A stretch of DNA of 32,000 nt from Acidothermus cellulolyticus 11B (GCF_000015025.1 NC_008578.1:2280001-2312000); one strand, 5' to 3'; positions 1-12,424 are shown, counted from the stretch's first letter. Numbers and translations: made by a program. Notes: generated from the sequence alone by a model not told the origin.

Positions 1-417
1 CGCGCGGCCGCTCAGGCGGGCGGTCAGCAGCTTCATGACCGGGCCGATGAAACGAGCCCCCTCCGGACCGGGGACCGCGCCAACCTCGGCGATGGCCTCG
101 CGAACCGCGGCGCGCAACTCGTCATCGCTCAACGGCTCAGGTAAATATGCGGCGATCACCTCGGCCTCGGCCCGTTCCCGATCGGCGAGATCCTGCCGGC
201 CGGCCGCGGCAAAGGCTTCGGCTGCCTCGTCCCGTTTCTTCCGCTCCCGAAGAAGAACCTTGATGATGTCCTCGTCGGTGAGCGTACGGGCCGTCGCGCC
301 GCTCACCTCTTCGGTGGTAATCGCCGCGAGGGCCATCCGGAGTGTCGCGGTTCGCACCTCATCACGGGCCTTGATCGCGTGTGCGAGGTCAGCGCGGAGT
401 CGCTCCTTGAGGGACAT
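1..417 (-). CDS. GatB/YqeY domain-containing protein (C-terminus cut by window start)
   Basis: Absent from the ORF track because no stop is reached before position 1. Reverse-strand ATG at 415-417 reads MSLKERLRADLAHAIKARDEVRTATLRMALAAITTEEVS..., a typical YqeY/GatB_Yqey helical domain. GC3 is high in this frame. Confidence 0.8.
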   Translation of the reverse strand, partial: MSLKERLRADLAHAIKARDEVRTATLRMALAAITTEEVSGATARTLTDEDIIKVLLRERKKRDEAAEAFAAAGRQDLADRERAEAEVIAAYLPEPLSDDELRAAVREAIAEVGAVPGPEGARFIGPVMKLLTARLSGRA

Positions 418-430
418 ACTGTTCAGTCTC

Positions 431-490
431 GCATCGCTGCCCGGTGCGCCCGGGCGTTCCTCATCGCTGCCCGGCGCGCCCGGGCGTTCC
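431..490. repeat. 30-bp tandem direct repeat x2 (28/30 identical)
   Basis: Units are gcatcgctgcccggtgcgcccgggcgttcc (431-460) and tcatcgctgcccggcgcgcccgggcgttcc (461-490). Each unit contains a short GC hairpin (gcccg-N6-cgggc). It lies in the divergent intergenic region between the yqeY-like gene and the metallophosphoesterase. Confidence 0.9.
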
Positions 491-645
491 TCCAACGGAA
501 TCTGCATCCGGGCGATTGGACGTCCCGCCTACCCGGTGCGACCGGGCGTCCCTCCGGGAATCGGTTCCCGAGCCGGTGTCCCGCGCTCGGGGCGGTCGGC
601 GAAGAGCCCGCTGACCATACACCGGTTTCTGGAAGACTAGCCGGC

Positions 646-1545
646 ATGGTCACTCGTTCGGTGTGGCTCGTCCCCCTCGGCCTGGCAACCGCGGCCGTCG
701 GTTACGCGGCCGGCATCGAGCGCCGGACTCCCGTGCTCCGCCGCGTCACCGTGCCCGTCCTGCCGGAGGGTGAACGACCGCTGCGCGTGCTTCACATCTC
801 GGACGCACACCTCACGCCGCGACAGGGCTGGAAACGCCGGTGGCTCAGGAAACTCGACGACCTCCAACCGGACGTCATCGTCAACACCGGGGACAGCATC
901 GCCCACCCGGAGGCCGTACCGGCTTTTGTTGACGCGATTCAACCGCTGCTCGCCCGGCCCGGCGTCTTCGTCCTGGGCTCAAACGATCGCTACGCGCCTC
1001 GGTTCAAGAATCCGCTCCGCTACCTTCTCCCGGACGACGGACGGCGGGTTCACGGGCCGATGTTGCCGTGGCGGGAATTGGTTGATTCCCTCGAGCGCCA
1101 CGGCTGGCGACACCTCGGAAACGCCCGTGCCGTGCTTGAAATCGGGGGGCGTCGGGTGGAGTTCCGCGGCGTCGACGACCCGCACATCTGGTGTGACCGG
1201 TACGACGACATCGCCGGCCCCGTCGACCGGAATGTGCTGATCGGCATCGGAGTCACGCATTCACCGGAGCCGAGGGTCGTGTCCCGGATGGCCGCCGATG
1301 GTTGCCGGCTCGTGCTCGCCGGACACACCCACGGCGGTCAACTCCGCGTGCCGTTCTACGGAGCCCTCGTCACCAACTGCGGCCTCGATCGACGCCGAGC
1401 GCGGGGACTCTCACGGTACGACGCCACCTGGCTGCACGTTTCCGCGGGACTGGGAACGTCGCCGCTTGCGCCCGTGCGGTTCTCCTGTCCACCGGAGGCG
1501 ACGCTGATCACGCTGGTTGGCCGCGACCACGCGCCCGTCGGCTGA
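646..1545 (+). CDS. metallophosphoesterase (calcineurin-like phosphoesterase, N-terminal TM helix)
   Basis: ATG at 646 inside track ORF 379..1545. Sequence is MVTRSVWLVPLGLATAAVGY (TM) followed by LRVLHISDAHL, NTGD, GSND and GHTHGG metallophosphatase motifs. Confidence 0.85.
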   Translation: MVTRSVWLVPLGLATAAVGYAAGIERRTPVLRRVTVPVLPEGERPLRVLHISDAHLTPRQGWKRRWLRKLDDLQPDVIVNTGDSIAHPEAVPAFVDAIQPLLARPGVFVLGSNDRYAPRFKNPLRYLLPDDGRRVHGPMLPWRELVDSLERHGWRHLGNARAVLEIGGRRVEFRGVDDPHIWCDRYDDIAGPVDRNVLIGIGVTHSPEPRVVSRMAADGCRLVLAGHTHGGQLRVPFYGALVTNCGLDRRRARGLSRYDATWLHVSAGLGTSPLAPVRFSCPPEATLITLVGRDHAPVG

Positions 1546-1580
1546 CACCAGAAAATACAGGCGCAATGGGCTCGACCACG

Positions 1581-1657
<77 letters not shown>

Positions 1658-1738
1658 TCGACCGGGAGCAGTGTAGTCGAAGCAGCTCAAGACGAAGCAC
1701 CGAGGGAGTGATCCCGCCCGGCTAACCAACGTGGACCG

Positions 1739-2227
1739 CTACACCCCGACATTCTCGGCGCTGAGCATCCAGGCGTGCTTCTCAAGGTCTGTGATGATTT
1801 CCTGCAGCATATTCGCGGTGGGCGGATCCTCGGCTTCGACGTCCGGCAGCACCCGGCGGACCGTCGCAGCCGCACGGACAAGTCGTTCGGTCATCAGGTC
1901 GACGACACGCTTCGTGCTCTGCTCACCGGGCGGAAAGGCTGGCAGCGACGTCGAACCGGCGACCGTCGCCGTCCGGCCGTCCGGCGTCGCGTGCAATGCC
2001 CTCATCCGTTCGGCCACTGTGTCGCCCGCCTCACGGGCGAGATTCACAATCTCGTCCAGTTGGAGATGCAAATCACGGAAATTGGGTCCGACGACGTTCC
2101 AATGTGCCTGCTTGCCTTGCATGTGCAACTCGATGAGATCGGCTAAGACCGCTTGCAGATGTTCGGCGAGGCGTTGTGATCCCACGAAACGTGCCGCCGG
2201 TTCGCTGACGCGAGCATGTGCAGGCAT
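1739..2227 (-). CDS. dps: Dps family DNA starvation/stationary-phase protection protein (ferritin-like)
   Basis: Motif HLQAVLADLIELHMQGKQAHWNVVGPNFRDLHLQLDEIV is a Dps ferroxidase signature. Start ATG at 2225-2227 is preceded by AAGGAGGG; the longer track ORF to 2320 lacks this RBS. Confidence 0.9.
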   Translation of the reverse strand: MPAHARVSEPAARFVGSQRLAEHLQAVLADLIELHMQGKQAHWNVVGPNFRDLHLQLDEIVNLAREAGDTVAERMRALHATPDGRTATVAGSTSLPAFPPGEQSTKRVVDLMTERLVRAAATVRRVLPDVEAEDPPTANMLQEIITDLEKHAWMLSAENVGV

Positions 2228-2355
2228 GGAACCCTCCTTGACTCGACACGTACCTGTGTTCCCATTCGTTCCCCGTGGAGCCGACGGGAACCCACGCACC
2301 ATGCGTGAATGCCGTTGCACTCGCGTGCGGTGTGGCCGCGGCGTACCGTGGCGTC

Positions 2356-2574
2356 ATGGCGGTCCAGCAACCGGAACTCACGGAGAGCGTCTGGTCTGCG
2401 GTAGGTGCTGTCAAGCACGGATATCCGCCGCCGGTCCGCGCTCCCGGGACACTCACCACCGCGTACTGCGGCGAGCTGATCGTCGTCCAAGGCGAGTGCA
2501 CCGATCGGCCGCCCCGCGACGCTTGCCCGCTCTGCGCCCTGGCCTGGGAGCAACGACGCCGACGTCCGTGGTGA
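2356..2574 (+). CDS. hypothetical small Cys-containing protein (possible zinc ribbon)
   Basis: 72-aa ORF from ATG 2356, divergent from dps. GC3 is fairly high. It has YCG...GEC...CPLC cysteine spacing. No family recognised. Confidence 0.35.
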   Translation: MAVQQPELTESVWSAVGAVKHGYPPPVRAPGTLTTAYCGELIVVQGECTDRPPRDACPLCALAWEQRRRRPW

Positions 2575-2630
2575 CGAAACGGCCCAACCGACCCCTTTGG
2601 CAGCCAAACAACGCGGCAGCGGGGTTGCCG

Positions 2631-2684
2631 CCGATCCGGGCCGGGTCTGGAGAAATGCCGATCCGGGCCGGGTCTGGAGAAATG
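2631..2684. repeat. perfect 27-bp tandem duplication
   Basis: ccgatccgggccgggtctggagaaatg at 2631-2657 is repeated exactly at 2658-2684, 17 nt upstream of the S9 peptidase GTG start. Confidence 0.95.
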
Positions 2685-2700
2685 GGGCAGACTGTCGCGT

Positions 2701-4557
2701 GTGACCGAATCGACGCCGACCACCCCGCCCAACGAGCCGGCGTGGCAACTGCGGTTCCGCGCCGCGCGGATGACCTTACCGCGCTGGGCGCGGCTCCGGC
2801 CGGAGCGGTCGATCTTCACGTCGAACGCATCCGGCACGGTTGAGATCTACGCCTGGGACCGCAGTCGCGGCACCATCCACCAACTGACGAAGCGTCCGGC
2901 CGGCACGTACCTCGCGGCGATCGATCCGGCCGGTGAGCAGGTGTGGTGGTTTGACGACGACGGCGGCAACGAATTCGGCGTCTGGCGGCGCCAACCATTC
3001 CCGGCGGACGTCCCGGACGACGCGCGACGCTCCGCGCTCCCCGCCTCCTCCGACCTGCCGCCGTCCTATCCGGCGGGTCTCGCGCTGGGCCGCAGCGGAA
3101 CCGCTGTTCTCGGGCGCTGCACGGATGCGGCCACGTCGGTTCACCTCGTTCGCCCGGACGGTTCGGCGCACCAACTCATCCCCGATCTCGCCGATGGCGA
3201 GGTCGGCGCACTCTCCGCCGACGGACGGCTCCTGGCATTGGCACACGCCGAGCACGGCGACGCCCGCCACAAGGCGCTCCGGGTCGTGGCGCTGGACGAC
3301 TCCGGGACGCGCACGGTCGCCGACCTGTGGGACGGCCCGGGGCTTGGGCTCACGGTCGTCGACTTCGCACCCAGGGACGGCGACCCCCGCCTGCTGGTTC
3401 TCCACGAGCGGCGCGGCCGGGTCCAGCCGTTGGTGTGGAATCCCCTGACCGGCGAGCAATTCGACCCGGACATCGACCTACCGGGCGATATGTACGCCGA
3501 GTGGTACCCGGACGGCGCGGCCCTCCTCGTCGGCCACGATGTCCACGCCCGCACGGAGCTGTACCGCTTTGACCTCGCGTCCGGCGCGTGGACGCGAATT
3601 CCCACCCGGGCGGGCACAATTTCCGGCGCGACGGTCCGTCCGGACGGAGTGGTGGAATTTCTCTGGTCATCGAGCGCCGAACCGCCCGCTGTCGTCGACG
3701 ACACCGGCCGCGTCGTCATCCAGCCGCCGGGTCCAGCCGCCCCGGCGTCCGTTCCCGCCACTGATGCGTGGGTCGACGGTCCCGGCGGGCGGATCCACGC
3801 ACTGATCTCCCGGCCGCCGGGCAAGCCACCGTATCCCACCGTCTTTCTCGTGCACGGTGGTCCGGCAAGCCATGACACCGACAGTTTCACGCCCGCCGTC
3901 GCCGCCTGGGTGGATGCCGGTTTCGCCGTCGTGCGGGTGAACTACCGCGGCTCGACCGGTTACGGCAAGGCTTGGCGCGACGCCATCGAAGGCCGCCCAG
4001 GGCTCACGGAATTGGCGGACCTGCGGGCGGTCCGCGACTGGGCCGTCACGACCGGCCTGTCCGATCCACGACGCCTCGTCCTGGCCGGTGGATCGTGGGG
4101 CGGTTACCTCACGCTGCTCGGCATCGGCGTCATGCCCGACGCGTGGTCGGTCGGCATCGCCAGCGTCCCGGTTGCCGATTACGTCACCGCTTATTACGAG
4201 GAAATGGAACCGTTGAAGGCGTTCGACCGCGCTCTCTTCGGCGGCACGCCGGAGGAGGTGCCGGAACGGTATCGCGAAGCGTCACCAATCACCTATATCG
4301 ACCAGGTGCGGGCGCCGGTCTTCATCCTCGCCGGCGAGAACGACCCGCGGTGTCCGATCCGGCAGGTGGAGAATTACGTGGACGCGCTGGCACGGCGCGG
4401 TATCACCCATGAGGTGTACCGCTTCGATGCGGGCCACGGGTCACTCGTCACCGAGGAACGCATTCGGCAGGTCGGCAAAGAAATTGCTTTCGCGCTCCGG
4501 CATCTGGGCATGCATCGGGACGCGTTCGCCGAATTCGCAACTCTCGCCGCGCCCTGA
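2701..4557 (+). CDS. S9 family serine peptidase (prolyl oligopeptidase / acylaminoacyl-peptidase type)
   Basis: 618 aa. The N-terminal part looks like a beta-propeller. The C-terminal alpha/beta hydrolase has GGSWGGY (GxSxGG nucleophile), ENDPRCP and a GHG catalytic His region. The GTG 2701 start keeps the conserved AWQLRFRAARMTLPRWA N-terminus. Confidence 0.9.
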   Translation: MTESTPTTPPNEPAWQLRFRAARMTLPRWARLRPERSIFTSNASGTVEIYAWDRSRGTIHQLTKRPAGTYLAAIDPAGEQVWWFDDDGGNEFGVWRRQPFPADVPDDARRSALPASSDLPPSYPAGLALGRSGTAVLGRCTDAATSVHLVRPDGSAHQLIPDLADGEVGALSADGRLLALAHAEHGDARHKALRVVALDDSGTRTVADLWDGPGLGLTVVDFAPRDGDPRLLVLHERRGRVQPLVWNPLTGEQFDPDIDLPGDMYAEWYPDGAALLVGHDVHARTELYRFDLASGAWTRIPTRAGTISGATVRPDGVVEFLWSSSAEPPAVVDDTGRVVIQPPGPAAPASVPATDAWVDGPGGRIHALISRPPGKPPYPTVFLVHGGPASHDTDSFTPAVAAWVDAGFAVVRVNYRGSTGYGKAWRDAIEGRPGLTELADLRAVRDWAVTTGLSDPRRLVLAGGSWGGYLTLLGIGVMPDAWSVGIASVPVADYVTAYYEEMEPLKAFDRALFGGTPEEVPERYREASPITYIDQVRAPVFILAGENDPRCPIRQVENYVDALARRGITHEVYRFDAGHGSLVTEERIRQVGKEIAFALRHLGMHRDAFAEFATLAAP

Positions 4558-4649
4558 CCGGCTCACGCGGGGGACCAGGTGGCACGGCTGCGAATCCGCC
4601 GGACGCGCCCAACATTCCTGATCGGCTCACGCGGGGGACCAGGTCGCAC
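4553..4649. repeat. 33-bp direct repeat pair (31/33) spaced 64 bp apart
   Basis: Copies are cctgaccggctcacgcgggggaccaggtggcac (4553-4585) and cctgatcggctcacgcgggggaccaggtcgcac (4617-4649). Copy 1 contains the peptidase stop codon. Copy 2 encodes the last residues and stop of the convergent BNR lipoprotein gene. Confidence 0.9.
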
Positions 4650-5841
4650 CGCCGTCCGTGGTCTGTTCGACCGTGACGGTCATCGTGCACTCACTCTTGT
4701 CATTGGCGCATGAATTCACCGCGATTACCGCGGTTGCGGCTGCTGGGCCGGTGAGGGTGACCGCGACGGTGTTCAGCGCGAGTCCGGTTTCGTGAACCGT
4801 CCGCCAACTGGCGCCGTCGTCGGTCGTCTCATACACCGTGCCGATGGACGGCGCAACCACCCACCAGGTGGACCCGGTGTTTCCCGTTACGGCGCCGGTC
4901 GGGGCGAAATCCGCTGGGATGTCCAGAGCGACGCCCCGGACGGTGAAGGTCGCACCCTGATCGTCACTAGCGAGCAGGAAGAATTTCTCCCGGCTTCCGT
5001 CGGCCGCCGCCTGCACGGTCACCGGAATGTCGATACGTGACCCGCTGAGCACCGGAGCCCCGAGGGCGAACGTGCCGGGGCCGCCGACGCCGGGGACAGA
5101 CAGTCGTTGCCACGACGCACCGCCGTCCGTGGTGCGCAGGAGCAATTCCTGCGTGGGACCCGCGACGAGGACGCCGATCCGCGGCGTCACCATGAGCAGA
5201 CCGGACCAGCGCACGTTGACATCCGGACCGTTCGGCGTCGCCGGCGGTCCGAAATGCCCGCCGTTGTCGGTGGAGACGAAAAGCGCATGCTCGGCGCTGA
5301 ATCCGCCGCCAGCGAGGGAGACGACGACGGCGACGATCCCGCCGGCGGCCGGGTGGAATGCAACCTGTTCGGTGCCGTCCGCCGTCGAGGTGCCGGCCGG
5401 CCACCGTGGATCGAGCCGTACCGCGCTCCACTCGGCGGCGTAGCGGTAGACGTGCACCGACCCCGTGGGGTCCACCGCGGCGAGCAGCGGAGCACCGTCG
5501 GGAGCTGAATCAACGGCCGCGATGTTCGCCGGAGCCAGCCCTGCCGGCAGCGATACCGGCGCCCAGGTCCGGCCACCGTCATGGGTGACGGCCAAGGTTT
5601 CGCCGGCAAGTCGGACGCCGATCTGTCCTCGCAGGCGGAGCTGCCGCACCGCGGCGGCGCCCACGGCGCCGCCCCGACTCGCCCCGCCGGCAGGGGACGC
5701 GGAGCCGTTACGTGCCTTGCTCGCCGCTAGACCAGGCGCCGATCCGGCGGCGCGTGGGGATTGTCCATTCGGCGCGGCGCACGCCGTCACCAAGACAAGA
5801 GCGGCGGCCGCACAACCCATCCAGGAAAGATGGCCGCGCAT
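4627..5841 (-). CDS. lipoprotein with BNR/Asp-box repeats (sialidase-like / Ycf48-like beta-propeller)
   Basis: Signal peptide with lipobox LVTAC. Repeated SxDxGxTW-like boxes: HDGGRTWAPV, STDNGGHF, TTDGGASWQRL, SDDQGATFTV, TDDGASWRTV, TDGGATWSPA. ATG at 5839-5841 is preceded by GGGAGGAGGA. Confidence 0.8.
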   Translation of the reverse strand: MRGHLSWMGCAAAALVLVTACAAPNGQSPRAAGSAPGLAASKARNGSASPAGGASRGGAVGAAAVRQLRLRGQIGVRLAGETLAVTHDGGRTWAPVSLPAGLAPANIAAVDSAPDGAPLLAAVDPTGSVHVYRYAAEWSAVRLDPRWPAGTSTADGTEQVAFHPAAGGIVAVVVSLAGGGFSAEHALFVSTDNGGHFGPPATPNGPDVNVRWSGLLMVTPRIGVLVAGPTQELLLRTTDGGASWQRLSVPGVGGPGTFALGAPVLSGSRIDIPVTVQAAADGSREKFFLLASDDQGATFTVRGVALDIPADFAPTGAVTGNTGSTWWVVAPSIGTVYETTDDGASWRTVHETGLALNTVAVTLTGPAAATAVIAVNSCANDKSECTMTVTVEQTTDGGATWSPA

Positions 5842-5964
5842 GGGTGGTCCTCCTCCCGCACAGTTTTGCCGTAGGACGCCGAGCGGTCAGTAAGCGCTGC
5901 AATTGTTCGGCGTCGGAGCGAGCGTGCCCACCGGTTTGGAGTACAGACCGCGCTCAGCGACCTG

Positions 5965-8321
<2,357 letters not shown>

Positions 8322-8381
8322 GCGTGCTCCTCACATGGACGAACCGCCGGCAGTCTACCGGTCCCGGTTACGCTGACGCCC

Positions 8382-9167
8382 ATGCCGAGGTCAGCGGGCG
8401 GCCGATCATCCCGCGGTGTGCGGTGGCCGGCGCCGGTCGTCGTCTGCTCTGCCGTCGGCCTCGTCGGCGTCCTTCTCGCCGGCTGCTCGGCGCATCAGCC
8501 GACACCGCCGCCGTCAACGGGTGCCCAGACGTCGACCGCTGGTCCGCTCCTGGCGCTCCGCGCCGCGGCCGCGCGGGCCCTGCACGCGTCGTACACCGCC
8601 ACGTACCGCGCGCTTGGCACCAGCCCGCCGCGAAGCGGCACGGTCGCGGTATACCGGACGCCGGACGCCGTCCGGCTGGACGTCACCGAGACCGGCGCCG
8701 CGGCACTGCGGATTCTCGTCACGGCCCAGGGAACCTTCTCCTGCACCCTCCCCGGGCCGCCGACACCGCCGCCGACCGGTACGAGCGCACCGGCGTGCGT
8801 GACACTGGCCGGCCCAAAGAGCACCGTTCCGCCGTCCCTCGACCCGGGGTTGCAGCACGTCTTCACCTCGACCCTGGAGGCCCTGGCCGGCAGCGACGAC
8901 GTCCGTGTCGCCGGCACGCCTGAACCCCGGACCATCGCCGGCTACAGCGCGACCTGTTTTGCCGTCACCTTCACCGCCGCGTCCATCGCGCTCACCCCGG
9001 GGACCTACTGCTTCACGGCTGACGGAATCCTCGCCGCAGCACTCTTCCGGTCCAGTTCCATCAGCCTCATCAGCGTGGACGGCGCACCGGTTCCGGGCGA
9101 TTTCCAGCTCCCCGCGTCGCCGGTGCCGCTCACGCCGCAGCCGACCCCGGCAGGCTCCGGCGGCTGA
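8382..9167 (+). CDS. hypothetical lipoprotein
   Basis: Signal peptide with lipobox LLAGC, a Pro/Thr-rich linker, then a mixed beta-looking domain. No family recognised. Confidence 0.7.
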   Translation: MPRSAGGRSSRGVRWPAPVVVCSAVGLVGVLLAGCSAHQPTPPPSTGAQTSTAGPLLALRAAAARALHASYTATYRALGTSPPRSGTVAVYRTPDAVRLDVTETGAAALRILVTAQGTFSCTLPGPPTPPPTGTSAPACVTLAGPKSTVPPSLDPGLQHVFTSTLEALAGSDDVRVAGTPEPRTIAGYSATCFAVTFTAASIALTPGTYCFTADGILAAALFRSSSISLISVDGAPVPGDFQLPASPVPLTPQPTPAGSGG

Positions 9168-9199
9168 GATCCTGCGAGGCACGCAGACCGGAGCCAGGC

Positions 9200-9736
9200 C
9201 TACACGTCGAGCCGATCATGCGCGACGACCGATTGGAGGGCCCGGACCATGGCGCCGGCGTGCGTCCCCCAATGCGACAGGTACGAGAACTGCCACCACC
9301 ACAAGGCCTCAACCGGCCGTCCGGCCCGGAAATGCGCCAACCCATGCAGCAGATCCGAAACGATCAGCGCGAGGTCGTCGGATATCACGAACGTCGTGGC
9401 GCTGGGCGGATTCTCGTACGGATCGAAAATCTCGACGTATCGGTCGATCGGTGCCAGCAGTTTCGCCAATCGGGTGCGGAGATCATCGATATCCGGGTCC
9501 GGGCCGACATCAGGTTCGAACGGTTCCGGCGGAACGATGTCCGTGATGGCCCCCAGCCGCCCGCCGGCGAGCAGCAGCTGCGACACCTCCAACAGAAGCA
9601 GGGACACGGCGGAACCGGCGTCCGTACTGCGGGCGATCTCCCGTACGGCGATGACGAAACTCTCAACTTGATCGGCGATCTCGGCCGCGAATTCGCCGAG
9701 GTCCTCCGACCTGCTCTCCACCAGGGGGTCAGACAT
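9200..9736 (-). CDS. DUF5063 domain-containing protein
   Basis: 178-aa acidic helical protein whose start overlaps the recR stop by 8 nt. This is the actinobacterial recR-downstream gene family as I recall it (…[13 protein letters not shown]…). Confidence 0.7.
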   Translation of the reverse strand: MSDPLVESRSEDLGEFAAEIADQVESFVIAVREIARSTDAGSAVSLLLLEVSQLLLAGGRLGAITDIVPPEPFEPDVGPDPDIDDLRTRLAKLLAPIDRYVEIFDPYENPPSATTFVISDDLALIVSDLLHGLAHFRAGRPVEALWWWQFSYLSHWGTHAGAMVRALQSVVAHDRLDV

Positions 9737-10328
9737 CGAGCTGCCTCCTACCTTCCAGCGCGCGGCCGAGGGTCACCTCATCGGCGTACTCGAGATCGCC
9801 GCCGACGGGTAGACCGCTGGCGAGCCTGGTGACCCGCACACCGAGTGGTTTGACTAATCGTGCCAGGTACGTCGCGGTCGCTTCACCCTCCAAATTCGGA
9901 TCTGTGGCCAGGATCAGTTCTTTGACCGTGCCGTCGGCCAGGCGCTGAAGGAGCTCACGGATTCGAAGATCATCTGGACCTATGCCGTCGATGGGGCTGA
10001 TCGCGCCGCCGAGGACGTGATAACGCCCGTGGAACTCGCGGGTCTTCTCAATCGCCACGACATCCTTGGGTTCTTCGACCACGCAGAGCACCGTCGGGTC
10101 CCGGCGCGGATCCGCGCAAATCCGGCACTGCTCGTGCTCGGCGACGTTGCCGCAGATCGCACAGAACCGGATGCGCTCCTTGACATCCAGCAGGACCTCG
10201 GCCAGACGCCGGACCTGGCTAGGGTCCGCGCCCAGGATGTGGAAGGCGATGCGTTGCGCGCTCTTGGGGCCGATCCCGGGCAGCTTGCCAAGCTCATCAA
10301 TGAGATCTTGGATTACGCCTTCGTACAC
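9729..10328 (-). CDS. recR: recombination protein RecR
   Basis: [30 protein letters not shown] (HhH), C4 zinc finger CAICGN...CRIC, and a Toprim domain. Confidence 0.95.
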   Translation of the reverse strand: MYEGVIQDLIDELGKLPGIGPKSAQRIAFHILGADPSQVRRLAEVLLDVKERIRFCAICGNVAEHEQCRICADPRRDPTVLCVVEEPKDVVAIEKTREFHGRYHVLGGAISPIDGIGPDDLRIRELLQRLADGTVKELILATDPNLEGEATATYLARLVKPLGVRVTRLASGLPVGGDLEYADEVTLGRALEGRRQLDV

Positions 10329-10439
10329 GGCTCACCGCACTGCCTCTCGCCATCCGCAGCACCCGGGCAATCCGGGCGCCTCCGTCGTCATCGAGACGAG
10401 CGTACGGTGCCGGGAAGATCACAGACGGCTGCAACGCCG

Positions 10440-12353
10440 TCAGTCGACGTCCTCCTCGATCACAGTCGCTCCCAGGTGCCGTTGGAGCAGCGCGAGGTGC
10501 TCCGTCTCGCTCTCGGACGTCTCAACGGGTGGATCATCCGGATCGACCCCGTCTCCCGGCAGATCGTCCGGCTCAGGATCGCGCGGCTCAGCTGCTCCGC
10601 GATTTCCCGAGGTGGACGAGTGGGGTCGTTCCGCGCCGACCGCGGCGGTTCCGGTCACCTCGGGGCCGGATCCGGTGGAACCAAGGACCGTCGTCTCGAT
10701 CCGCCACTGCCCGCCGAGGACGTCCGTCAGCGCCCCCGCGAGCGCTTCTTCGTTGCGCGGTCCCAGCGCAAATTGCCGTTCGAGCGCCGGGGTGGTGAAG
10801 CCGACGACAATGGTCGACCCACGCACGTCGACCACCTGGGCTGGACCGGAGATCAGGAGAGAGTGCGCGACGCGGCGGCGCTGCTTCGTGGCTTCAAGGA
10901 CGTCGTCCCACGCCCGCAGGACAGCCGCCTGGTCGGCCGGTGCGTCTCGCCGCGGCACCCGTGGACTGGCCGAGGAGTCCACGGCCTCACGGCCCGGCGG
11001 ACCGGCCGAGGATTCGACGGCCTCACGGGCCGACGGCCGGGAACCCGTCCTGGGCTGGGCGCTTTCACGGCCCGGTTCACCAACCGCCGGGCCATGTCGC
11101 ACCGGTTCATCAACCGCCCGGCTCGGTCGTGTCGAAGGACCGGTCGCCTGTCCCTGATCGGGTAATTCACCGGCCACGGACCCGCCGGCCGATAACCCGA
11201 GCCGCCGCTCGATCCGCTCCAACCGGGCGAGCACACCGGTCTCTCCCCGATCCGCCGCCGGAACGAGAAGCCGCGCGACGATCAATTCCAGCACCAGTCG
11301 CGGAGCGACCGAACCGCGCATTTCCGCCAGGCCGGCGCTGACAATCTCCGCGGCACGCAACAACGCGGTGCGACCAAATGCAGCGGCCTGCCGGCGCATC
11401 CGGTCCATCGCATCCTCTGGGACGTCGAGCAAACCGCGCGCCGGCGCATCCGGCACGGCGTCCACAACGATCAGGTCGCGCAGCCGCTGCAGGATATCTT
11501 CCGCAAAACGCCGGGGGTCGTGACCCGCGTCGATGACCGACGTCACCACCGAGAAAACCGCCGGGCCGTCGCCGCGGGCCAGCCCCTCGATGGCTTCATC
11601 GAGCAGGGCGGCGTCGGTGTAACCGAGGAGTGCCGCGGCGTACCGATGGGTCACGCCCTCGCTCCCGGCCCCGGCAATCAGCTGGTCGAGGATCGACAGG
11701 GCGTCCCGTACGGATCCCGCTCCAGCCCGGACGACGAGATTCAACGCCCCGGGTTCGATCGCGACTTTTTCTTGTTCGCAAATGTGAGCCAGGTGCTGGC
11801 GGAGAACCGCCGGCGGCACCAGGCGGAATGGATAGTGGTGGGTGCGCGATTTGATGGTGGGCAGAACCTTGTCCGGTTCCGTGGTGGCGAAAACGAATTT
11901 GAGATGCGGGGGCGGTTCTTCGACGAGTTTGAGGAGCGCATTGAAACCTGCGGCGGTCACCATGTGCGCTTCGTCGATGATGTACACCTTGAATCGCGAG
12001 ACAGCCGGGGCGTAAAACGACCGCTCGCGCAGGTCACGCGCATCGTCGACGCCGCCGTGCGACGCCGCATCGATCTCGATGACGTCGACGTTCCCCGGAC
12101 CACTCGGCGCCAAATCCCGGCATGATTGGCAGACCCCGCATGGGTCCGGTGTCGGGCCCTGCTCGCAGTTGAGGCTCCGGGCGAGGATGCGGGCGGACGA
12201 CGTCTTGCCGCAGCCACGGGGGCCGGAGAACAGGTACGCATGGTGGACCCGGTTGTGACGCAACGCCTGCCGAAGCGGCTCGGTCACGTGCTCCTGGCCG
12301 ATCACTTCGGCGAAGGTCGCGGGCCGGTACTTGCGGTACAGGGCAAGGGTCAT
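10440..12353 (-). CDS. dnaX: DNA polymerase III subunit gamma/tau
   Basis: [23 protein letters not shown], Walker [10 protein letters not shown], zinc module CxxCxxC, and DEAH. ATG at 12351-12353 is preceded by GGAGGA. A long low-complexity tau linker contains 36-bp in-frame tandem repeats at 10968-11039. Confidence 0.95.
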   Translation of the reverse strand: MTLALYRKYRPATFAEVIGQEHVTEPLRQALRHNRVHHAYLFSGPRGCGKTSSARILARSLNCEQGPTPDPCGVCQSCRDLAPSGPGNVDVIEIDAASHGGVDDARDLRERSFYAPAVSRFKVYIIDEAHMVTAAGFNALLKLVEEPPPHLKFVFATTEPDKVLPTIKSRTHHYPFRLVPPAVLRQHLAHICEQEKVAIEPGALNLVVRAGAGSVRDALSILDQLIAGAGSEGVTHRYAAALLGYTDAALLDEAIEGLARGDGPAVFSVVTSVIDAGHDPRRFAEDILQRLRDLIVVDAVPDAPARGLLDVPEDAMDRMRRQAAAFGRTALLRAAEIVSAGLAEMRGSVAPRLVLELIVARLLVPAADRGETGVLARLERIERRLGLSAGGSVAGELPDQGQATGPSTRPSRAVDEPVRHGPAVGEPGRESAQPRTGSRPSAREAVESSAGPPGREAVDSSASPRVPRRDAPADQAAVLRAWDDVLEATKQRRRVAHSLLISGPAQVVDVRGSTIVVGFTTPALERQFALGPRNEEALAGALTDVLGGQWRIETTVLGSTGSGPEVTGTAAVGAERPHSSTSGNRGAAEPRDPEPDDLPGDGVDPDDPPVETSESETEHLALLQRHLGATVIEEDVD

Positions 12354-12424
12354 GACGCCATCCTCCGCCCGCCCATCGTCGCGCACGCGACGGGTTCGTG
12401 TCTGTCCGGCCGGTCGCACGAAAT

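Noticed and set aside
35-640. 201-aa plus-strand ORF at the window start
   Set aside because: It is antisense to a clear YqeY-domain gene (1-417). The translation is Ala/Ser/Arg-rich with no motifs, which is a typical high-GC shadow ORF.
11755-11775. Programmed -1 frameshift site in dnaX (E. coli-type A AAA AAG) at caagaaaaagt
   Set aside because: The heptamer is not in the slippery X XXY YYZ register (it reads GAA CAA GAA AAA GTC), and no downstream hairpin or upstream SD is arranged as in E. coli.
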